DNA from: Ruminococcus albus 7 = DSM 20455
Lineage (GTDB): Bacteria; Bacillota; Clostridia; Oscillospirales; Ruminococcaceae
Reading direction: 5' to 3'
Assembly: GCF_000179635.2 (NCBI RefSeq)
Contig: NC_014833.1
Location: 1,080,001 to 1,112,000, forward strand
Length of the DNA: 32,000 nt
The notes below the pieces were generated by a model. That model had not been told where the DNA came from. It made no database searches and saw only the letters and a program-made list of their open reading frames with translations. Positions 26,049 through 32,000 of the stretch are shown here, piece by piece. Position numbers and translations under genes: made by a program. How positions within the stretch are numbered: the first letter of the stretch is position 1; each line of letters starts with the position of its first letter.

Positions 26049-26644
26049 TGTGGATGTATGAGAAGAAATTGCAGTATCCCGTAAATATAAAAAATCCCGA
26101 TCCTGCGCTGGCTAAGGTCATAGTAAGTCAGCTGGGAGGTCCCGACGGCGAACTGGGTGCGTCGCTGAGGTATCTCAGTCAGAGATATTCTGCGCCCACA
26201 AGGGAAGTTCAGGCAATGCTGACAGATATCGGCACTGAAGAACTGGCGCACATGGAGATGATAAGTGCAATACTCTATCAGCTGACCCGCGGGCTTTCGA
26301 TGAAAGAGATAAAGGAGAGCGGGTTTGACACTTATTTTGTAGATCACACCACGGGCATATACCCTGTTGCGGCATCGGGTGTGCCGTTCTCGGCGGATTA
26401 TTTTCAGAGCAAGGGTGATCCGATAACCGACCTTAATGAAGATATGGCGGCTGAGCAGAAAGCGCGCACGACCTATGATAACATCTTGCGGCTGACCGAT
26501 GACCCTGATGTGCGCGACCCGATAAAGTATCTGAGAGAGAGGGAGATAGTACACTATCAGAGGTTTGGAGAATGTCTGAGGATAGTGACGGATATGCTGG
26601 ACAGCAAGAATCTTTATGCATTCAATCCGTCATTCGATAAATGA
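26048..26644 (+). CDS. cotJC: Spore coat protein CotJC (manganese catalase family)
   Basis: MYEKKLQYPVNIKNPDPALAKVIVSQLGGPDGELGASLRYLSQRY....TEELAHMEMI is present. The gene overlaps cotJB by TGATG. Confidence 0.9.
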   Translation: MWMYEKKLQYPVNIKNPDPALAKVIVSQLGGPDGELGASLRYLSQRYSAPTREVQAMLTDIGTEELAHMEMISAILYQLTRGLSMKEIKESGFDTYFVDHTTGIYPVAASGVPFSADYFQSKGDPITDLNEDMAAEQKARTTYDNILRLTDDPDVRDPIKYLREREIVHYQRFGECLRIVTDMLDSKNLYAFNPSFDK

Positions 26645-26688
26645 CAGGCAAAGCAGTACAGAGGATAAAGCAGTACAAAGGATAGAAT

Positions 26689-27362
26689 GCCAAGGAAGAG
26701 AGCTTTTGGTCAAGCTTTTCGCGAAAAGCTTGCGGAGAGCACGAGAGGCAGAGCCTCTCGGTCAAGGCGCAAAACCCAAATGCAAAGCAAGCATTAAGAA
26801 CACAGCAAACTCCCGACCAAACAGGCGCGGCAATATAGGAATACAGAGCGTGGACAAAACAAACGTCCACGCTCTTACTATGTGCGGAGATATTGCCGCG
26901 CCCGAAATCAACGGCGGTAGCTCGTTGATTTCTCGACCCGTAAGGGGCGATATGATACCGCAGTACTCGGGATAAAAGTTCTGCACTCTTGCAGGTCATA
27001 TAACAGATAGCTGGATTTTTATTTGTGGGCGGGGATTTGTAGGGCTGGTCGATGGTTTGATTTGGGAACATTGGTTTGTGAGTTTTCGTCCCTCTCTTCG
27101 TTCGGGTCGAGCCGTCAAAGACGCTTCGCTGTTTGACGGCGGGCGCGGGCAATATATTTACGCATACAGAAAGAGCGTGGACGTTTGATTGTCCACGCTC
27201 TGTATGCCTATATTGCCGCGCCTTATTGACAGGGTCGGGAGTTTGCTGTTCTATTTATAGCTCTTTGTTGCTACGTCGCCTTTGCACCTTGAGTTGAGGG
27301 CTCTGCCCTCAAACTCCCGCAAGCTTTTCGCGAAAAGCTTGACCAAAAGCTCACTTCTTGGC
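26689..27362. repeat. 674-bp non-coding compound imperfect palindrome made of two diverged inverted copies of a multi-hairpin element
   Basis: The outer arms match in inverted orientation (GCCAAGGAAGAGAGCTTTTGGTCAAGCTTTTCGCGAAAAGCTTGCGG at 26689 against its reverse complement ending at 27362). Mirror-matched blocks include:
- 26805-26818 with 27232-27246.
- 26823-26838 with 27207-27222.
- 26845-26875 with 27172-27201.
- 26890-26904 with 27140-27155.
- 26932-26940 with 27103-27111.
The symmetry centre is near 27025. Confidence 0.85.
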
Positions 27363-27419
27363 AGTTTACGCTCATGATTGAAGTCTTGAAACACAATAAA
27401 CAAATTCTATTAATAACTA

Positions 27420-27448
27420 TTGCATATTTTGTTGTGATGTGCTATAAT
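27420..27448 (+). promoter_or_regulatory. Sigma-A type promoter of the M48 peptidase operon
   Basis: TTGCAT, a 17-nt spacer, then TGC-TATAAT (an extended -10). Confidence 0.7.
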
Positions 27449-27522
27449 GATCTAAAGGGTTTACGGCAGATGCTGTGCCCTGTGTTAAGAAAAAAAGACT
27501 AAAGAAATATGAGGTGACAAAA

Positions 27523-28866
27523 ATGTCTGTTAATCCCGACCTTTTTATCCATGAATCTGATCGCACTGCGCTAAATGCCCTGAAAGCTATTCCCGGCTTT
27601 ACTCCGCTGCTGAGAGGTTTCATGAAGATATGGAATGAAAAGCAGTTCAAGCTGATGAATATGTCTACGCTTGTAAGGATAAGCGAAAAGCAGATGCCTG
27701 AGTACTATGAGATGCTAAAACCTATATGCAAGCGTCTGGGTATAAAGGAGCCCGAGCTTTTTATGACCACTGACCCTTATCCGAATGCTTATACTTCCGG
27801 GGAGAACGATCCTTTCATAGTGATGACAACGGGGCTGGTGGCTTCGCTGCCCCATGAACTTATACCATCGGTGCTGGCACATGAGTGCGGACATATAGCT
27901 TGTCATCATGTGCTGTATTCTACAATGGGCAGGATGATACTGGGCGGCTCGGCAGGATTGCTGGGACTTTCACCGCTGTTGACTGCCCCTTTGCAGATGG
28001 CTTTCTATTACTGGATGAGGTGCAGTGAGTTTTCTGCGGACAGGGCTGCTGCAGTCTGCGGCGGTTCGGGTGACAGTGTTGTAGAGGTGTGCATGAGGCT
28101 TGCAGGCTGTGAGAAGGATTCTCCCGTACAGGCAAATACCGAGGCTTTTCTGGAGCAGGCTAAGGAGTACCGAGATATGGTCAGCGGCTCGGCATTCAAC
28201 AAGACGCTGGAGTTCATGATGTTCTCCGCAAGGAGCCACCCCCTCAATGCGGTGCGTGCATACGAATGTAACGAGTGGTGCAAGACAAATGAATTCAAGA
28301 GTATAATCAAGTATCTTGATGAGGAAGAGGGAAGTGCCGTTCACGGTAATGTTCCCATGAACGAGAATGCAGGCAGCTATATAAAGAAAGATGCTTCAAA
28401 GACAGCTGACGAGCTGAGGACTGCAGGATTTACGAATGTTACGATAGTGCGTTCTGCCGAAGTTAAGGCAGGTGTGCCTGTGAACGGTGTAATATCTATT
28501 ACAGCCAACGGCAGGACAGACATAAAGAAAGGCGAATGGCTTCCTGCAGATACGGCTTGGGTGATAACTGCTTATGTACCGCTTTCGGCAGAGGAAGAAA
28601 AGGCAGCTCACCCGAATGAGGTTTGTGTGCCTTATTCCAGCGTAGGCTACAGCGGCAGGGATTACCGCACTGTGATAGATGAACTGCGTGCACTGGGATT
28701 CACGAATATATCAGTATGTGAACAGCCCGATATCAAGGTGAAATTCCTGATAAAGGAATACAGCATAGCGCATATTTCAATAGACCATACAGACAGGTTC
28801 GACAAGAATACATGGTTCAGACTGGATGCACCTGTATCCATAAGGTATCACGTTATGGCACAGTGA
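27523..28866 (+). CDS. M48-family zinc metallopeptidase with two C-terminal repeated modules
   Basis: The HEXXH motif is LAHECGHIACHH. The ATG at 27523 is preceded by GAGGTGA. The C-terminal modules begin ADELRTAGFTNVTIV and VIDELRALGFTNISV. Confidence 0.8.
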   Translation: MSVNPDLFIHESDRTALNALKAIPGFTPLLRGFMKIWNEKQFKLMNMSTLVRISEKQMPEYYEMLKPICKRLGIKEPELFMTTDPYPNAYTSGENDPFIVMTTGLVASLPHELIPSVLAHECGHIACHHVLYSTMGRMILGGSAGLLGLSPLLTAPLQMAFYYWMRCSEFSADRAAAVCGGSGDSVVEVCMRLAGCEKDSPVQANTEAFLEQAKEYRDMVSGSAFNKTLEFMMFSARSHPLNAVRAYECNEWCKTNEFKSIIKYLDEEEGSAVHGNVPMNENAGSYIKKDASKTADELRTAGFTNVTIVRSAEVKAGVPVNGVISITANGRTDIKKGEWLPADTAWVITAYVPLSAEEEKAAHPNEVCVPYSSVGYSGRDYRTVIDELRALGFTNISVCEQPDIKVKFLIKEYSIAHISIDHTDRFDKNTWFRLDAPVSIRYHVMAQ

Positions 28867-28888
28867 TAGAGTAGAGGAGGTCACGAGA

Positions 28889-29443
28889 ATGGGGATTTTT
28901 GACAATATTGGTTCGCCCGCAGTACAGAATGCGCAGCAGAGTTCAGGCAACAGGACAGAAGATATTGTTTTTACAAAGCTGCCCGATAATTTTGCAGAGT
29001 TCACAGCACTGCCGCAGGCTGCTATGGATGACCCGTTCAAGACAGCAGCACTGACAGTACTTGCGCTGTGTTTTTATCCCACGGACAAGGATACCTGTAT
29101 ACAGATGCTGAATTTTCTCAAAGGACCTCAGCCTCTTTCAACCTATGAACAGCAGTTCCTGCGTGACAGGTTCATGGATGCTGACTATGTTCCGCGGAGT
29201 TATTTCAGCGGTGCTTCACCTGCTAATGATTATAAGCCGTCACAGCCTTATACGGTCAGGGTCAGTGAAAATCCATATTCATATCAGGACAGCGGTTATG
29301 CCAAGCTGTATTTGCAGTCGGGTGGTGCTGACAGTCCGCGTGCAGTACAGCTGAGGCTTGCAAAGGACGGCAAGTGGTATCTGTGGGAGCAGTTTTTGCT
29401 GGCAGGTATACGTCCTCCCGAGTCAACTGATCCCTGGGCATGA
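28889..29443 (+). CDS. Hypothetical protein, 184 aa, probably co-transcribed with the M48 peptidase
   Basis: The RBS GAGGAGG is correctly spaced, the ORF is clean and it starts 22 nt after the upstream stop. I recognise no domain. Confidence 0.65.
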   Translation: MGIFDNIGSPAVQNAQQSSGNRTEDIVFTKLPDNFAEFTALPQAAMDDPFKTAALTVLALCFYPTDKDTCIQMLNFLKGPQPLSTYEQQFLRDRFMDADYVPRSYFSGASPANDYKPSQPYTVRVSENPYSYQDSGYAKLYLQSGGADSPRAVQLRLAKDGKWYLWEQFLLAGIRPPESTDPWA

Positions 29444-29452
29444 TAAAAAAGT

Positions 29453-29495
29453 ACAGACACTTCTGCGTTATACGATAGATGTGTCTGTTTTTTTA
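29453..29495 (+). terminator. Intrinsic terminator
   Basis: ACAGACAC (29453-29460) pairs with GTGTCTGT (29481-29488), followed by TTTTTTT. Confidence 0.75.
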
Positions 29496-29508
29496 ATTTT
29501 TTGTGTTA

Positions 29509-29537
29509 TTGACATTTCGTGAGTGGTATAGTATAAT
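29509..29537 (+). promoter_or_regulatory. Consensus sigma-A promoter of the hybrid histidine kinase gene
   Basis: TTGACA, a 17-nt spacer, then TATAAT. Confidence 0.7.
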
Positions 29538-29648
29538 TAAATATGAAATGATCTATGGGTTTATATAGTGTTGAATTTATGGTATATCCGAATGATAGGA
29601 TATGGGGATCTTGCTGATAACGGAAAACGTTAAATTTGGGGTGATGAT

Positions 29649-32000
29649 ATGTATTATGTTGTACTGACAGTACAGTATCTCAGCATATTTGGCCTGCTGT
29701 TTGAGAGCGCTTATATATTCAGAAACTGGAAAAGCAGGATACACGGATATCTTCTGCTGAACTGTGCAGCTACGATGGTAAACAATGCAGGTGTACTGCA
29801 GGTCATGCTTTCTGACAGCTATGATGAAGCATTGACAGCTCAGAAACTTTCGTATGTGGGGGCGGTATGGATACCGTTCTCTCTGCTTATATTCATTGTG
29901 GAGCTTTGCGGTGTAAGGACGAAGAAAAACACCATGATGTTTCTTGGTGCCCTTCATGCGCTGACCTACGTTGCTGTTATGACAAATGAATGGCATCAGC
30001 TGTATTACAGGAATATGGGTTACGATAAAGGCGGTGTACATCCGCACCTTACCTATGATGCGGGACCGTGGCATCATGTGTATACACTTCTGCTTATAGG
30101 ATATATAGTTTACGGTCTGCTGATACTTTTCCTGACGATACATAAGGAGAAGAACAAGAAGAGCCTGAAAAGGCTTAGATACATAGCTGCATCGGTCGTG
30201 GTGGAGGTAATATCATACATAATCTACCTGACGGGCATAACAAACGGATACAACCTGACTTCAATGGGATACTCAATAAGTACGGTAATAATGTATATAG
30301 CTATATTCAAGTATGACCTGCTGGATACCCTGGAGCTTACAAGGGAATACGTTGTAGATAAGCTTTCGGAAGGTCTTATAGCAGTGGATACCGAAGGCAG
30401 GGTCAGGTATTTCAATGAGCCTGCCAGGGAGCTGTATCCTCAGCTTGCAGATGCCCCTGAAGAAACGCTTGATATCATCGGGAAGGCAATAGAGGATGAT
30501 GAGGTCATCACCATGGGTGAACGCAAATATACTCCGTGCATAGAAGCGCTGGAGTATGAGGGCGAGAATTTCGGACGTCTGTACAGACTGATAGACGATA
30601 CCGAGCATTACAATTACATGGAGCAGCTGCGCGAACAGAGCCTTATAGCTGATAAGGCGAACCGTGCAAAATCTGCATTCCTTGCCAATATGTCCCATGA
30701 GATACGAACGCCTATAAACGCAGTGCTCGGTATGGACGAGATGATCCTTCGTGAGAGCGGAGAACGCCAGATAATAGGGTATGCTGAGGATATCAGGAAC
30801 GCGGGCAGGACGCTGCTTTCGCTCATAAATGATATACTTGATTTCTCAAAGGTAGAGCAGGGCAGGATGGAGCTGATACCAACGCAGTACGAGCTGGGTT
30901 CAGCTATAAATGACCTTGTGAATATGATACGTCCCCGTGCTGATAAAAAAGGGCTCAGGTTCGATGTTAAGGTTGACAGCGGTATACCACATATGCTCGT
31001 GGGCGATGAGATAAGGGTCAAGCAGTGTGCGCTGAACCTGCTGACAAATGCTGTAAAATACACTGAGAAGGGCAGTGTGCACTTTGAGGTCGGGTATGAG
31101 AAAACAGGTGATAAAAGCATAAAGCTCAGATTCACTGTGAGTGATACGGGAATGGGTATCAAGCAGGAGAATATGGACAAGCTGTTCTCACCGTTCTCGC
31201 GTATCGAGGAAGGAAAGAACCGTTCCATCGAGGGTACGGGTCTTGGTATGAGCATAACCAGGCAGCTGCTTGAACTTATGGGCAGTGAGCTGGAGATAAA
31301 CAGCATTTACGGAAAGGGCTCGGTGTTTTCCTTTGCAGTTGAACAGCAGGTCGCCAAGTGGCAGCCTGTGGGTGATTTTACAAAGCGTTTCTCCGGCGGC
31401 AAGGGAGTTGCTGTTTACCGTGAACTTTTCCATGCACCGACGGCAAGGGTGCTGGTAGTGGATGACAATGCCATGAATCTGACAGTGTTCAAGGGTCTGC
31501 TCAAAAAGACACTGGTGGGCATAGATACTGCTTCATCGGGAGCAGAGGCTTTGCGGCTTGCTGCGCTGAACACTTATGATATATATTTTATCGACCACAT
31601 GATGCCCGATATGGACGGCATAGAAACAATGAAAAGGCTCCGTGCTATGGAGGGCAGGGAGGATGCTGTGTGCATCGCACTGACTGCCAACGCAGTATCA
31701 GGCGCAAGGGAGATGTATATCGAAGCGGGATTCAATGATTATCTTTCAAAGCCTATAGACGGTGAACGTCTGGAAAAGATGATGGCAGGTATACTGCCGA
31801 AGGAAAAGCTGGAGGTGCAGACAGTTACCGAGCGGCGTACTATAAAGACCGCACCGAAGGTACTGGTGGTAGATGATGATGCTGTCATCAGGACCACTGC
31901 TAAAAATATACTCAGCAAGGCATTCGATGTAATAACCTGCGACACAGGTGAGAAAGCGATAATGCTCACAAAAGGGCAAATGCCCGATGTTGTGCTGCTG
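29649..32000 (+). CDS. Hybrid sensor histidine kinase/response regulator, 3'-partial. The layout is a multi-TM N-terminal sensor, PAS-like region, HisKA, HATPase_c, REC, then the start of a second REC.
   Basis: This is my own translation in the frame whose codons start at positions divisible by 3.
- N-terminus: MYYVVLTVQYLSIFGLLFESAYIF.
- H-box: ADKANRAKSAFLANMSHEIRTPINAVLGM, near 30651-30735.
- ATP-binding blocks: NLLTNAVKYT and GTGLGMSI.
- First REC: RVLVVDDN..IYFIDHMMPDMDG..SKP.
- Second REC: begins KVLVVDDD.
The frame is open from 29634 to the window end, so the ORF is missing from the supplied track. Confidence 0.9.
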   Translation, partial: MYYVVLTVQYLSIFGLLFESAYIFRNWKSRIHGYLLLNCAATMVNNAGVLQVMLSDSYDEALTAQKLSYVGAVWIPFSLLIFIVELCGVRTKKNTMMFLGALHALTYVAVMTNEWHQLYYRNMGYDKGGVHPHLTYDAGPWHHVYTLLLIGYIVYGLLILFLTIHKEKNKKSLKRLRYIAASVVVEVISYIIYLTGITNGYNLTSMGYSISTVIMYIAIFKYDLLDTLELTREYVVDKLSEGLIAVDTEGRVRYFNEPARELYPQLADAPEETLDIIGKAIEDDEVITMGERKYTPCIEALEYEGENFGRLYRLIDDTEHYNYMEQLREQSLIADKANRAKSAFLANMSHEIRTPINAVLGMDEMILRESGERQIIGYAEDIRNAGRTLLSLINDILDFSKVEQGRMELIPTQYELGSAINDLVNMIRPRADKKGLRFDVKVDSGIPHMLVGDEIRVKQCALNLLTNAVKYTEKGSVHFEVGYEKTGDKSIKLRFTVSDTGMGIKQENMDKLFSPFSRIEEGKNRSIEGTGLGMSITRQLLELMGSELEINSIYGKGSVFSFAVEQQVAKWQPVGDFTKRFSGGKGVAVYRELFHAPTARVLVVDDNAMNLTVFKGLLKKTLVGIDTASSGAEALRLAALNTYDIYFIDHMMPDMDGIETMKRLRAMEGREDAVCIALTANAVSGAREMYIEAGFNDYLSKPIDGERLEKMMAGILPKEKLEVQTVTERRTIKTAPKVLVVDDDAVIRTTAKNILSKAFDVITCDTGEKAIMLTKGQMPDVVLL

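Noticed and set aside
26616-27152. ORFs 26616..26975 (+), 26622..27152 (-) and 26762..26986 (-) as real genes
   Set aside because: They overlap one another on both strands across palindromic DNA and have no RBS. The mirror-image sequence produces ORFs on both strands by symmetry.
26689-27362. A classical MITE or IS with target-site duplication
   Set aside because: I found no direct repeat flanking the outer ends (..GATAGAAT | GCCAAGG.. on the left and ..CTTGGC | AGTTTACG.. on the right). There is no transposase ORF. This cannot be excluded without a genome-wide copy search, so it is kept only as one hypothesis.
27417-28693. The ATG at 27475 as the M48 peptidase start, and the antisense ORFs within the gene
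   Set aside because: The ATG at 27523 has a well-spaced GAGGTGA, whereas 27475 sits about 27 nt after the promoter -10 with no RBS. The antisense ORFs lack any support.
29577-31979. Minus-strand ORFs 29577..30143, 30224..30415, 30273..30698, 30614..31306, 30900..31082, 31188..31433, 31739..31969 and 31746..31979
   Set aside because: All are antisense to the plus-strand hybrid histidine kinase, whose motifs are unambiguous. They have Ser/Leu/Ile-rich shadow composition.

Overview
The window looks like chromosomal DNA from a Gram-positive, spore-forming, dockerin-encoding member of the Clostridia. Ruminococcus or Oscillospiraceae is an inference from dockerin plus sigF/cotJ content, not a database hit. 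Contents in order:

- 1-7.9 kb: the 3' part of a giant sortase-anchored surface protein with about 19 prealbumin-fold modules. Eleven of them are near-identical 357-bp units, and the frame is broken by a 1-nt A-tract deletion near 5340.
- 8-10.2 kb: a TerD-domain gene followed by an AIM24-family gene on the minus strand. The TerD protein carries nine 13-aa Q/N/Y/G/P repeats.
- 10.6-14.5 kb: housekeeping genes (aminotransferase, TSCPD-like protein, SGNH lipoprotein, Cys-less ArsC/Spx-family protein).
- 14.5-15.6 kb: an AT-rich RNA island with a promoter-driven 102-nt tRNA-like gene lacking a canonical anticodon arm, a promoter-to-terminator candidate sRNA, a DUF378 gene and a 97-nt long hairpin.
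- 15.7-19.9 kb: a 1400-aa dockerin protein with five near-identical 498-bp Fn3-SH3b units and a YvpB/C39-like cysteine peptidase domain.
- 20-23.8 kb: a family-6 UDG-like glycosylase, a double zinc-ribbon membrane protein, HU, a Lys/Ala-rich basic protein and rsmG.
- 23.8-26.6 kb: spoIIAA-spoIIAB-sigF divergent from cotJABC.
- 26.7-27.4 kb: a 674-bp non-coding compound palindrome made of multi-hairpin arms that show compensatory changes.
- 27.5-32 kb: an M48 peptidase, an unknown protein, and a hybrid histidine kinase. The kinase is absent from the supplied ORF track because it runs off the window end.

Many consensus sigma-A promoters and intrinsic terminators can be read directly. All domain assignments come from motif recognition by eye; no searches were run.
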